Source: Verrucomicrobia bacterium CG1_02_43_26
Lineage (GTDB): Bacteria; Verrucomicrobiota; Verrucomicrobiia; Opitutales; CG1-02-43-26
Reading direction: 5' to 3'
DNA: 64,000 bases
NCBI GenBank assembly: GCA_001872735.1
Contig: MNWT01000007.1
Coordinates: 635 to 64,634 of the forward strand
Both the position numbers and the translations under genes were made by a program. Shown in pieces: positions 47,886 through 57,723 of this stretch; the first letter of the stretch is position 1, and the number at the start of each line of letters is the position of its first letter. Below the pieces are notes generated by a model, which was given only the letters and a program-made list of their open reading frames with translations, did no database searches and had not been told where the DNA came from.

Positions 47886-50111
47886 TTAAAGCCCGAAGAA
47901 TCCACCCCAGCTGTCTTCTTTTAATTCAGCCTTTTTTGAAGAATTTGACTTTTTGAGTTCCTGGATAAAGTTGTTAAAAATCTCATTGAATTTCTTGTTA
48001 TCAATTTGATCCTTTTTGGATACAATGCCTATGCTGCTAATCGAGGTTTCGGTTTTCTGTTTATACTCTCTTGCAATTGCTTTTTGCGTATTCTGAAATC
48101 TCGAATACAGGTTTAGCCAAAACTTATCTGTTTTTGTAAGTTTTTCGTTATTTTCTATTTTAGTCTTAACTTTATCACTTTTTATTTTTAACTTGCTGTT
48201 TAGTTGCAAGTTTCCGAAAAAGCTCCACAAGTTAATCAGCACCCCGACTTCTTTTGTCTCAATATCTTCAAGTAATTTAGGGAAGTTGATATTGTCCCTT
48301 GAAGCCTGTTCGAACAGAATGATCATGTTAAGCACATTTTTTTCGTTCAAGCTGTTCTTTTCGAAGACATTAAAGAAGTCCGTAACGGGGTCTTTAGTAT
48401 ATTCGGTGTATTTTTCGGTGACTAATTGAGTAATGTTGTTAAGCCCGGAGAACCAGCTAGATTCTTCTTCTTTCTTTTCAATCGTGACATTTTTTACAGT
48501 TTCTTTTTTCTGTATTTCAACCTTCTTTTCAATTTTCTTTTCGGTAGGAACCTTTACTTCTTCTTTAGTCTCGGTTTTCTTTTCGTCGATAGTAACGATT
48601 TTTTCATGATCATCTTCAGTAATATTTTCTTCGAGTGAGTAATTGTTAGACTCGAGAGCTGCTTTTGCTGTAGAATTTAACAAACTTATAGCCTCTGTAT
48701 AAGAAATGCCTATTTCTTGAATTAAAGCCTTCTTAAGATCGTTAGAAATGTTTTCCGATTTTGTGTTATTGTACAGTGTTTCTATGTGGCCGAGCGTGTC
48801 GGTGTTATAATTCTTAATTTGCTTTATAATTTCTTTTCTAAGCTCACCCGACTCGTCATTGCGTATGCACTTAATTTGCTGGACGAAGTCGTTTACAGAG
48901 ACATTTTTAGAGGTCAATGTTTTGATAATATCTGTTGCAGCCTTTTCCGATTTACTAATATAGTCTTTGTGAAACTGATTATAGCTTACTTCAATTTTTT
49001 CCTTAACGTTATCTAACGGCTTTACGATAAGTTCTTGAATTTTTTCATGCACGATTTGAGTCGTTTCCTCAATTTTATCTTTGGTTTCTTCAAGAAAATT
49101 GTCTAGCTGCGTTTTTTCTTTAACAACGATCGATTCTATTGGTTTTTCATCACCAATAAGGTCTGTAAGAGATTCTGCTTTTGTATTTTTGATGTTTGGG
49201 TTGGCAGGTATATGAGCTTCTTGTGTCCAATGAATATCATTGAATGTGAGGTATTCTTCTTTCTCGAATTCTACAAGTACGTACTCGGGATCATTGTTAA
49301 TGAGGGTATAGTTTTCTTGTGTAGCAGAGCTATCTTCATCATTGATTTTAATACGTTTTTCAGTGACTAGATCTTGCTCAATAATTAGTCGGCTTAATGT
49401 TCCTTCAAATACGCTGCCTATTTGAGACTTCTTTAATCCAGCTGTTTGTTGGTTGAGAAGTATGGATCGTAGATCGCTTTTTGATACCTCCTTGGAACCT
49501 ATTATTTTAGTATATTTTTTTTCAATAGTTATCTCATTGTTAGTGATGAAAGTATTAAAGTTTGCCTTGATAACCGTTAGATTATGTTTGATCTTCTTCC
49601 AGACTTCTAAGCTTTCCGGATTTTTATCCAAGTGCGACATGAGCTCAATTGTATTGAGTAACTGAGGGTCGTTTATGTTGTTGTAGATTAGTTGTAGATT
49701 TTCTGCCTTTAATCCTTGCAGATAAGTTTTCATTTGAGACTTATACGGAATGTCAGATGAAAGAGCGTTTATGATATTTGTTACATCAGAGAGCTCGCCT
49801 TTCTTGCTGTTTATATCGTTTTGGGTTAATACAGTTACTAGATCTTTTACAGTTATAGTGTTAGTCTTTATGGTTATAGGCTTAACATTGTATTCCGAGA
49901 TGCTTTTCTGATTTTCGGTTTTAACAGATTTGCATTTTATGCCAAACAACCAAGCAATCCACGCAAAAAATCCTGTGGGTACGTTCTTCTTGTTAGCAGT
50001 CAGGTTTGTTACATTACTATTACTACCTTTATTATCTTCATTCTTTTGTTTCCTAAGAAGGAATTCTGCACTTGTTTGACTGTTGTTTCTTGAATTTCTT
50101 GATTTTTCCAT
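47886..50111 (-). CDS. Large orphan protein, 741 aa, K/E/N/I-rich, encoded by a low-GC island
   Basis: A long uninterrupted ORF in DNA much more AT-rich than its flanks. Polar N-terminus without a Sec signal, one short aromatic hydrophobic patch (GFFAWIAWLFGI), a K/E repeat block, and a C-terminal DSWGGFFGL. No family recognised. Confidence 0.75.
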   Translation of the reverse strand: MEKSRNSRNNSQTSAEFLLRKQKNEDNKGSNSNVTNLTANKKNVPTGFFAWIAWLFGIKCKSVKTENQKSISEYNVKPITIKTNTITVKDLVTVLTQNDINSKKGELSDVTNIINALSSDIPYKSQMKTYLQGLKAENLQLIYNNINDPQLLNTIELMSHLDKNPESLEVWKKIKHNLTVIKANFNTFITNNEITIEKKYTKIIGSKEVSKSDLRSILLNQQTAGLKKSQIGSVFEGTLSRLIIEQDLVTEKRIKINDEDSSATQENYTLINNDPEYVLVEFEKEEYLTFNDIHWTQEAHIPANPNIKNTKAESLTDLIGDEKPIESIVVKEKTQLDNFLEETKDKIEETTQIVHEKIQELIVKPLDNVKEKIEVSYNQFHKDYISKSEKAATDIIKTLTSKNVSVNDFVQQIKCIRNDESGELRKEIIKQIKNYNTDTLGHIETLYNNTKSENISNDLKKALIQEIGISYTEAISLLNSTAKAALESNNYSLEENITEDDHEKIVTIDEKKTETKEEVKVPTEKKIEKKVEIQKKETVKNVTIEKKEEESSWFSGLNNITQLVTEKYTEYTKDPVTDFFNVFEKNSLNEKNVLNMIILFEQASRDNINFPKLLEDIETKEVGVLINLWSFFGNLQLNSKLKIKSDKVKTKIENNEKLTKTDKFWLNLYSRFQNTQKAIAREYKQKTETSISSIGIVSKKDQIDNKKFNEIFNNFIQELKKSNSSKKAELKEDSWGGFFGL

Positions 50112-50274
50112 GATAAATGCTTCACTAATTGAATATAAGCTATAATTATATTAAGTTATTAAATAATGTCAATATTAATTGTATTTTAGTTATAGTTTAA
50201 TTATAGGCTCAATTTTTATGGTAGTTTTAAAATGCTTTGGGAATCCCGCACCTTTTCCTTGCAACGGAGGCCAA

Positions 50275-50562
50275 TTGTGCCCAACATACTTGATTGTGAA
50301 AGTTACTGTCTATATTACACCGAAAAAGAATTTACTGGACCCGCAGGGTAACGCTGTGAAGCACGCTATGGAATCTTTGGGCTATTATACAAAAGGTGAT
50401 GTCCGTATCGGGAAGGTCATTGAGTTTGATATGCATGATTTCGATGAGGATGCGCTTCAGAGCCCACGCGAGTTTTTGCAGGAATTAGATAAAATTTGTC
50501 GCGATTTCTTGTGCAACTCCGTCATCGAAGATTACCGATTCGAAGTGGGCTCTGGAGAATAA
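50275..50562 (+). CDS. purS: Phosphoribosylformylglycinamidine synthase subunit PurS
   Basis: ..VKVTVYITPKKNLLDPQGNAVKHAMESLGY..VRIGKVIEFDM.. The start is uncertain. The TTG at 50275 has GGAGG 4 nt upstream (5 nt from SD end to start). GTG 50296 and TTG 50290 are alternatives. The ORF-track start at 50179 adds an implausible hydrophobic leader. Confidence 0.85.
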   Translation: MCPTYLIVKVTVYITPKKNLLDPQGNAVKHAMESLGYYTKGDVRIGKVIEFDMHDFDEDALQSPREFLQELDKICRDFLCNSVIEDYRFEVGSGE

Positions 50563-50589
50563 AACGGCTCTAAACTAAAGATTTTTATA

Positions 50590-51264
50590 ATGAACGTTTG
50601 TATAGTACAATTTCCGGGATCAAACTGTGATCAAGACATGTTCCATGCAGTTAAAGATGTCTTGGGTATTCCGGTTCGCATGGTATGGCATAAGGAGAAG
50701 AGCTTTGGAGGGGAATGTGATGCGGTTATTTTGCCCGGCGGCTTTTCCTTTGGGGATTACCTACGCCCGGGTGCGATTGCCTGTGTTTCCCCGATTATGA
50801 ACGCATTGGCTGATTTTGCCAAACAAGGCGGCCGCATTTTGGGTATTTGTAACGGTTTTCAGATTTTGTGTGAAATGGGGCTGCTTCCTGGCGCGCTTGT
50901 GCGTAATAATTGCCAAGAGTTTCGTTGCCATACGCAGGGGCTAGCGGTACAGAATTCTACCCCTTCTTTTAATGTAGAGAAATTGGGCGAGCATATAGAG
51001 CTTCCCATTGCCCATGGTGACGGTAATTACCGCATACCAGGGAAGTTACTCGATGAGCTCGAGGCCCATAAGCAAGTCCTTTTCCGCTACTCAGGAGAAC
51101 GAGGTAACCCCAATGGATCCTTAAACCAGATAGCTGGCATTCGAAACAGAGCCGGTAATATTTTTGGCATGATGCCGCACCCAGAAAGAGCTGTGGAGCC
51201 TATACACCCCTCCACTCATGGCATTTCCGTCTTAAAGGCATTCCTCAACTCCAAAATGATGTAA
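50590..51264 (+). CDS. purQ: Phosphoribosylformylglycinamidine synthase, glutaminase subunit
   Basis: GICNGFQIL (catalytic Cys) and MMPHPERA (catalytic His). Confidence 0.95.
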   Translation: MNVCIVQFPGSNCDQDMFHAVKDVLGIPVRMVWHKEKSFGGECDAVILPGGFSFGDYLRPGAIACVSPIMNALADFAKQGGRILGICNGFQILCEMGLLPGALVRNNCQEFRCHTQGLAVQNSTPSFNVEKLGEHIELPIAHGDGNYRIPGKLLDELEAHKQVLFRYSGERGNPNGSLNQIAGIRNRAGNIFGMMPHPERAVEPIHPSTHGISVLKAFLNSKMM

Positions 51265-51277
51265 ATCAGCGTTAAAC

Positions 51278-53554
51278 ATGATCATTAAAGAGAACAATCA
51301 TTTAGAAACAGCCCTGAAATTAGGCCTTTTTGAGGACGAGTATTTTAAAATAGAAGAACTTATGGGCCGTGCGCCCAATATGGTAGAGCTGGGCATGTTT
51401 AGTGTCATGTGGTCTGAGCATTGTGCTTATAAGAACTCCAGACCTTTACTCAAGCTACTCCCCAAGGTTAAAAAAGATCCCGAGGCGCTAGGCCAGGTGC
51501 TAGTTGCCGCAGGCGAGGAAAACGCAGGTGTTATCGACATTGGTGACGGCTGGGCTATCTGTTTTAAAATAGAATCTCACAACCACCCCAGTGCGGTGGA
51601 GCCCTTTGAGGGAGCAGCTACCGGAGTAGGAGGAATTTTGAGAGATATCTTTACAATGGGTGCGAGGCCTGTGCTCTTAACGAATTCCCTTCGCTTTGGT
51701 GATTTATCTTCTCCTAAAACCCAAAAGCTTTTACGCGGGGTGGTTCATGGGATTGCTGCCTATGGCAATTGTGTAGGAATTCCTAACGTTGCTGGAGATA
51801 CTTATTTTGATGCTTGTTATGAGGGTAACCCATTAGTGAACGCCCTATGTCTTGGTTTATTGAGACATGATCAAATTAAGCGAGGTGCCGCTACTGGAGT
51901 AGGGAATTTGATTTATTACGTAGGCCCGCCAACTGGACGAGATGGCATGGGTGGCGCTAGTTTTGCATCTAAAGTACTTTCCGCGGAAAGTCATAAAGAC
52001 CGCCCAGCTGTTCAGAAAGGAGATCCGTTTATGGAAAAGCTCCTGATGGAATCTTGCTTAGAGTTAATGTCTGTTCCGGGGCTAGTTGTCGGTATTCAGG
52101 ATATGGGTGCGGGAGGCCTTACCTGCGCGCTTTCAGAAACAGCTGCTCGGGGTGGGGTAGGGATAGAGGCTGATATCAGCAAAGTCCCTCAACGGGAAAC
52201 CGGGATGACACCTTTTGAGATCATGCTTTCAGAAAGCCAGGAACGTATGTTGGTTGTCATTGAAAAAGGCAGGGAGAGAGAGATTGAATCCATCTTTACT
52301 AAATGGGATCTCCATGCTGTTTGCATTGGTAAGGTGATAGAAGAACCTATTTTGATTGTAAAACACGGTAAGGAGACGGTTGCTCGGATTACGCCAAGCT
52401 CTTTAGTAGAAGAAGCCCCTGTATATGAAAGAGACGTTACTGAACCCAAAGACTTAGCAATTGATCGTAAATGGGATCCCAAATCCATTCCTGATTTAGA
52501 TGCAAAGGGTATCGAAAAAACACTTATTGATATACTCTGCCACCCAACAATCGCCGATAAACGCTGGATATGGCGCCAGTATGACCATATGGTGCTTGCG
52601 AGCACAGTGGTTGAGCCCGGATCTGACGCCGGCGTCGTGCGCTTACGTGTGGGCAACGGGCATGAAAAATATTTAGCCATATCTAATGACTGTAATAATA
52701 GATACTGTGCCCTTGATCCGTATAAAGGCGCGCAAATAGCAGTTCTTGAGTGCATAAGGAATCTTACTTGCTCAGGTGCAAGGCCCTTGGGGATGACTAA
52801 TAATCTTAATTTTGGTAACCCGTACAAGAACGATGAATACTATTACTTAAAAGAGAGTGTTCGTGGACTTGCGGCTGCGTGCGAATTTTTCGATATACCG
52901 GTCGTGGGAGGGAATGTCAGTTTATATAATGAGCATGCTGATACCGCCATTGATCCAACCCCCGTTGTTTCCATTGCCGGCATCATTGATAAAAAAGAAC
53001 ACATCATACAGCAACGCATTCAGCGAGGCGATGAAGCCTTGATCCTTCTGGGCGGCTGGCCGGATGAGCTTGGCGGAAGTTATTTCCTGAAAGTTGTTCA
53101 TGACTTGAACGTAGGCGAAGTTCCTCAAGTAGATTTAGAGAGGGCGGTTCTATTGCATGCGTTTGTCTTAGACCAAATTGAAAAAGGCGTCATTGAAGCG
53201 GCTCATGATATTTCTGAAGGCGGCCTCTTAGTCGCGGTCATAGAAATGATTTTTCGAAAAGGCCAATTTGGGATTGATTTAGATCTCACGCAAGCCACTA
53301 GTATGCGTAAAGATGCTCTCTTATTTGGGGAAAGCCAGAACCGCATCATTATCGGCTGTAATGCGGGTAACGTTTCCCGTATTCTAGAAGCAGCTAAAGC
53401 GATAAATCTTCCGGCCAACTTATTGGGCTTGGCTAACCAATCCGGGGAGATTAATTTGAATTTAGGTAAAAGCAATCACGTTTCCTGGAATACACATGAA
53501 CTCAAAAAACGTTGGCGCCTTGTGCTACCAGCCATCATGGACGAGCATCTTTAG
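51278..53554 (+). CDS. purL: Phosphoribosylformylglycinamidine synthase subunit PurL
   Basis: ..SEHCAYK.., ..ESHNHPSAVEP.., and duplicated AIR-synthase-like domains. Confidence 0.96.
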   Translation: MIIKENNHLETALKLGLFEDEYFKIEELMGRAPNMVELGMFSVMWSEHCAYKNSRPLLKLLPKVKKDPEALGQVLVAAGEENAGVIDIGDGWAICFKIESHNHPSAVEPFEGAATGVGGILRDIFTMGARPVLLTNSLRFGDLSSPKTQKLLRGVVHGIAAYGNCVGIPNVAGDTYFDACYEGNPLVNALCLGLLRHDQIKRGAATGVGNLIYYVGPPTGRDGMGGASFASKVLSAESHKDRPAVQKGDPFMEKLLMESCLELMSVPGLVVGIQDMGAGGLTCALSETAARGGVGIEADISKVPQRETGMTPFEIMLSESQERMLVVIEKGREREIESIFTKWDLHAVCIGKVIEEPILIVKHGKETVARITPSSLVEEAPVYERDVTEPKDLAIDRKWDPKSIPDLDAKGIEKTLIDILCHPTIADKRWIWRQYDHMVLASTVVEPGSDAGVVRLRVGNGHEKYLAISNDCNNRYCALDPYKGAQIAVLECIRNLTCSGARPLGMTNNLNFGNPYKNDEYYYLKESVRGLAAACEFFDIPVVGGNVSLYNEHADTAIDPTPVVSIAGIIDKKEHIIQQRIQRGDEALILLGGWPDELGGSYFLKVVHDLNVGEVPQVDLERAVLLHAFVLDQIEKGVIEAAHDISEGGLLVAVIEMIFRKGQFGIDLDLTQATSMRKDALLFGESQNRIIIGCNAGNVSRILEAAKAINLPANLLGLANQSGEINLNLGKSNHVSWNTHELKKRWRLVLPAIMDEHL

Positions 53555-53569
53555 AGATAAATTTTTATA

Positions 53570-55483
53570 ATGTCAGACCAAATAAAGCATGAGTGCGGAA
53601 TAGCCATGATAAGGCTTTTAAAGCCTCTCAGCTATTACCATGAGAAATATGGCACTGCGCTTTATGGTTTTCGAAAATTATTTTTATTGATGGAGAAACA
53701 GCACAACCGCGGCCAAGATGGCGCGGGTATCGGTTGTGTGAAATTAAATGCTCCGATAGGGCGGCGTTACATGTTTCGCAGAAGGGACATGAATGAAAAC
53801 TGCCTCACATACATCTTCAATAAATGCTTGCGAGAGTATAACGAGTTAGTACGCAAGGGCAGAATTCAACGCGATAACCCGGATTCGGTAAAAGATTTTT
53901 TCCCCTTCGGGGGTGAAGTTCTGTTGGGGCACTTACGTTACGCTACCTCAGGATCTCGTTCTCAAAGCAGCTGTCATCCCTACTTTCGCCGCAGTAATTG
54001 GATTACCCGTAACCTTCTCCTCGCAGGTAACTTTAATCTCACGAATGTTAATAAGCTCAACGAAGAGCTTGTGAGCCGAGGCCAGCATCCGATCTTTGAT
54101 ACCGATACACAGACCATATTGGAGCGTATAGGATCTCATTTAGACGAGGCTCACGGCCGCATATACCGTGAAATGAAAGCACGGGGTGTTCCTGGAGAAC
54201 AGATCACAGAGATCATTAGCAAAGAGCTAGATCCCGCTTCTATTATTAGAGAAGCCACTCAAGATTGGGACGGTGGCTACGTCATTGCCGGTCTCATTGG
54301 TAATGGTGATGCCTTTGTGTTTAGGGATCCGCTAGGCATACGCCCGTGCCACTATATTATCAACGATGAAGTGATTGCGGTTGCTTCTGAGCGCGTACCC
54401 TTGATGACTATTTTTGGAATTGGCGCAGAGCAGGTTCAAGAGCTCAAGCCAGGCCACGTATTTGTGATTAAAAACACGGGTAATTCCTACGAAGTTCCCT
54501 TTGCGGAAAAGCAAGAACCCCAAAAATGCTCTTTTGAGCGGATTTACTTCTCTCGAGGAAACGACCCCGAAATCTACCAAGAACGCAAATCGCTGGGAGC
54601 TTGCTTAGCAAAGCCCTTAGCCGAGCTTGTTAATTATGATTTCTCCAAAACAGTTTTTGGCTATATACCCAATACTGCAGAACCCGCCTATAATGGCTTA
54701 CTCGAAGAACTGCGGCTACTGCGCCGCCAAGAGGTTAAAGAGCAGATTTTAAAAGCCGCAAAAAATGATGATTTAAATGACGCGCTCTTAGATGAACTCA
54801 TTATGGCAAATTGGCCGCGTGCCGAAAAAATAGCGCTTAAGGATATTAAGCTACGCACATTTATCAGCCAAGAAAAAGATCGCATTAACCTCGCCTCGCA
54901 CGTCTATGATGTCACTTACGGGATTATCAAAGAAGAGGACACCTTGGTATGCGTGGATGACTCGATTGTCCGCGGCACCACGCTTAAAGAATCCATTCTA
55001 CACATTCTTTCCCGCACGAACCCAAAACGAATTATCATTGCATCTACTGCGCCTCAAATTCGGTACCCGGATTGCTATGGCATCGATATGTCTGAGCTCG
55101 GCAAATTTATCGCGTTCCAGGCGACGATAGCGTTATTAGAAGAACAAGGGAAATCGGCCCTTATACACGAGGTTTATCAACAATGCCTTGCTCAAAAAGA
55201 CCTTCCGGCTAACCAGGTTAAGAATGTTGTTCAACGCCTCTATGAGCCTTTTTCACCGCAAGAAATTTCAAAAAAAATCGCGGAACTGGTGTATCCTGCA
55301 GATAACGGTTGGACTGGCCAATTGGAGATCGTTTTTCAAGGGATAGAAGCTTTGCGTGCCTCTATTCCGGATCATACCGGAGATTGGTACTTTACGGGGA
55401 AATACCCTACGCCCGGAGGCCAAGTTGTTTTAAACAAAGCATTTTTAAATTACTACGAAAAGAAGCAAGGTCGTAGCTATTGA
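53570..55483 (+). CDS. purF: Amidophosphoribosyltransferase, long (about 630 aa) form
   Basis: ..KHECGIAMI.. Ntn glutaminase start, ..NRGQDGAGI.., and the PRT motif VCVDDSIVRGTT. The length and N-terminus resemble the long Bacteroidetes-type enzyme. Confidence 0.93.
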   Translation: MSDQIKHECGIAMIRLLKPLSYYHEKYGTALYGFRKLFLLMEKQHNRGQDGAGIGCVKLNAPIGRRYMFRRRDMNENCLTYIFNKCLREYNELVRKGRIQRDNPDSVKDFFPFGGEVLLGHLRYATSGSRSQSSCHPYFRRSNWITRNLLLAGNFNLTNVNKLNEELVSRGQHPIFDTDTQTILERIGSHLDEAHGRIYREMKARGVPGEQITEIISKELDPASIIREATQDWDGGYVIAGLIGNGDAFVFRDPLGIRPCHYIINDEVIAVASERVPLMTIFGIGAEQVQELKPGHVFVIKNTGNSYEVPFAEKQEPQKCSFERIYFSRGNDPEIYQERKSLGACLAKPLAELVNYDFSKTVFGYIPNTAEPAYNGLLEELRLLRRQEVKEQILKAAKNDDLNDALLDELIMANWPRAEKIALKDIKLRTFISQEKDRINLASHVYDVTYGIIKEEDTLVCVDDSIVRGTTLKESILHILSRTNPKRIIIASTAPQIRYPDCYGIDMSELGKFIAFQATIALLEEQGKSALIHEVYQQCLAQKDLPANQVKNVVQRLYEPFSPQEISKKIAELVYPADNGWTGQLEIVFQGIEALRASIPDHTGDWYFTGKYPTPGGQVVLNKAFLNYYEKKQGRSY

Positions 55484-55566
55484 GTTCTTAAGCCTAAAAT
55501 TTAGGAGTGATCTCGGCTAAATTATTTGTTATAAATAGTGAAGAGATGCCTCTCGCCTGATCTCCT

Positions 55567-57291
55567 ATGGAAACCCCTCAAACCCTCAGTACACGCGATT
55601 CTCCCATCGTTGGGAAATTGTATACCTTTCCAGCGCGCGTTGAGTATGTAGAAGGCTTGCGACGAGAGTTTACCCATTTCCTGAAATATTTGGGCATAGA
55701 GGGCGGAGATCTCGAAAGCTGGAAGCTCGTTTTTTCGGAAGCAGTTGTTAATGCGGTTCTCCACGGCAGCAAGGAAGATCCGTCTAAACAAGTCACGGTA
55801 GACTGGAGTGCCCGTGGGGATGAAGTATGGCTAGAAGTCATAGATTGCGGTCATGGCCCTGCGATTGAAACGACCCATCAACCCGGTTTGCCAGATGATC
55901 CCCTAGCGCAGAGTGGGCGAGGTCTTTATATTATCAAGCAGTTTTGTAATTCGTGGCAACATTGGTATGGCTCATCCGGCTATCGCCAGGTTTTGATTAG
56001 AAAACAGCCTGAAATTATTGCAAACGACCCTAGTCAGAAAATTATTGATTCCACGATCGAAGAGCTTGCGCAGTGCTATGAGAGTTTAGCTGCCTTTCAC
56101 CATTTGGGGAGAGCGCTGATCGATGCGGACTCCGTTTCCAATTTCATCGAAAATGCAATTCAGGATATTTCGCGCGTTGTGCCTAATAATGGTGTTTTCC
56201 TCTATTTTGGAAAAGCCCTTAACCCCACATTATTAAAAGATCTGCAACAGATCTCTTACTACAAATCTGTTGATGAAGGCGATATACCCAACATTGTTAT
56301 CGAAGAAGGACAGGAGTTTATTTGGGAAAAACCCTCTGAAATAACAAAAAACTCCAGCCTTTACGGTTTTAACTGCGGTATATGTTGCCCTATACGAGCT
56401 TCCCAGCAAATTTTAGGGACCCTTACAGTCGCTTGTAGTAATGAAAAACACTATATCAATGCTTCAGATCTTAATACCGTGCGTACATTTGCGGATTTAT
56501 TTGGCATAGCAGTTGCACACGAGAACAATACAATCATGCGTAGCCGTGAGCAAAGGGCTCTGCAAGAGCTTGAAATTGCATCGGAAATACAGAAGACCCT
56601 CCTTCCTATTCCTGAGATTAAGGAACAAAATCATTGGAGACTCTTTGCTCAACGTAAAAGTGCGAGAGAAGTTTCCGGTGACTACGTTGATGCTTGCATT
56701 GGTAGCCATGGTGAACTTTATTTAGCGATCGTAGACGTTATGGGTAAAGGGGTTTCTGCTGCTTTTCTGGCAGCCGTTATGCGGACGGCACTCCATATTG
56801 CCACGCGCAATCTTACCGGCCTCAATGAGTTGGTTAATATGTTTAACGAGACCCTTCGCGCACAGATTGGTGATCTTACGATCTTTGCAACCTGTGCGGT
56901 GGTTATGATTCCCCCTTCTTTGGATAGAGCCTTTATTATCAATGCAGGACATTGCCCCGTGCTTTTCTTTAGAAACAATTCCCTGTTTAAGCAATTTGAG
57001 CCCTCTGGCCCACCTCTTGGACTATTTGATGATATTAACTATAAAGTTGATGAAATAGACCTGCACCCGCACGATTCTTTTCTGATGGTCACCGATGGCC
57101 TTTATGAAGTTGAGACCGCAGGGAAAATCTGGGGCTGGGATAATCTTGTTAATTTTATACAATCAAGGGGTGTGTCAGATCCAAAAGAACTTTGGGATGA
57201 ACTTCAACAAGTGATCAATGCGGCAAGTCCAGATCGTGATACCGGTGACGACCAAACAATCCTCCATTGGGAATATACTTCTAAATTGTAA
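55567..57291 (+). CDS. Fusion protein: RsbW/SpoIIAB-like HATPase domain + GAF-like region + PP2C (SpoIIE) phosphatase
   Basis: N-terminus: ..SEAVVNAVLHGS....VWLEVIDCGHG....SGRGLYIIKQF. C-terminus: SGDYVD, AIVDVMGKGVSAAFLAA, MVTDGLYE, GDDQTIL. Confidence 0.85.
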   Translation: METPQTLSTRDSPIVGKLYTFPARVEYVEGLRREFTHFLKYLGIEGGDLESWKLVFSEAVVNAVLHGSKEDPSKQVTVDWSARGDEVWLEVIDCGHGPAIETTHQPGLPDDPLAQSGRGLYIIKQFCNSWQHWYGSSGYRQVLIRKQPEIIANDPSQKIIDSTIEELAQCYESLAAFHHLGRALIDADSVSNFIENAIQDISRVVPNNGVFLYFGKALNPTLLKDLQQISYYKSVDEGDIPNIVIEEGQEFIWEKPSEITKNSSLYGFNCGICCPIRASQQILGTLTVACSNEKHYINASDLNTVRTFADLFGIAVAHENNTIMRSREQRALQELEIASEIQKTLLPIPEIKEQNHWRLFAQRKSAREVSGDYVDACIGSHGELYLAIVDVMGKGVSAAFLAAVMRTALHIATRNLTGLNELVNMFNETLRAQIGDLTIFATCAVVMIPPSLDRAFIINAGHCPVLFFRNNSLFKQFEPSGPPLGLFDDINYKVDEIDLHPHDSFLMVTDGLYEVETAGKIWGWDNLVNFIQSRGVSDPKELWDELQQVINAASPDRDTGDDQTILHWEYTSKL

Positions 57292-57294
57292 TAT

Positions 57295-57657
57295 ATGGAT
57301 AAAATTTTGATTGCAGATGATGACCCCTTTATGGAAAAGCTCTTAGAGTTTACCCTGAAAAAAGCTGGATTTGGGATCATCGCTTGCCGTGAAGGTAATT
57401 CGGTAATCCAACGTATTTTAGACGAAAAGCCTGTTCTCATCATTCTCGACCTCATGCTTCCGGGCCGTTCCGGTTTGGAATTGATAGGAGATATACGCGC
57501 TAATCAGTCTATTGCACGCCTTCCTGTTATTTTTGTTACCGGCCAAGGTAAGGAAAGTACACGAAATCAGTTAACCCAAGCAGGCGCATCCGCAGTATAC
57601 ACAAAACCCTTTAGCCCAACGGCTTTAATTGCAATGATCAAAAAACTTCTTGCTTGA
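57295..57657 (+). CDS. Stand-alone response-regulator receiver (CheY-like)
   Basis: ADDD, IILDLMLPG (phospho-Asp), FVTGQG (Thr) and YTKPF (Lys). It starts 3 nt after the upstream stop. Confidence 0.92.
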   Translation: MDKILIADDDPFMEKLLEFTLKKAGFGIIACREGNSVIQRILDEKPVLIILDLMLPGRSGLELIGDIRANQSIARLPVIFVTGQGKESTRNQLTQAGASAVYTKPFSPTALIAMIKKLLA

Positions 57658-57723
57658 ATATACTTTCATATTAAACCATAATAAGTGTTAGGGTAAGGTA
57701 CCCCCAACCTTCTTTACAAGAAA

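Noticed and set aside
48480-48640. Apparent tandem DNA repeats under the K/E-rich block of the 741-aa protein
   Set aside because: Reading the DNA shows only biased composition (gaa/aaa/aag codons), without an exact repeating unit.
50179-50274. Hydrophobic N-terminal extensions on purS (50179) and, similarly, on acyP (59025-59078)
   Set aside because: Both extensions precede the conserved domain starts. They use weak or alternative starts or AT-rich leader sequence, and they would add implausible hydrophobic leaders to small cytoplasmic proteins.
52189-52827. Long antisense ORFs inside housekeeping genes. Examples: 212 aa antisense to purL, 127 aa at 35915-36298 antisense to the FAD oxidase, 153 aa at 44267-44728 and 151 aa at 44891-45346 antisense to gatB, 130 aa at 43059-43451 antisense to ffh, and 118 aa at 6272-6628 within argS
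   Set aside because: Each lies entirely within a gene whose product has unmistakable conserved motifs on the other strand. Their translations are low-complexity (S/R/L/P-rich) with no recognisable domains.
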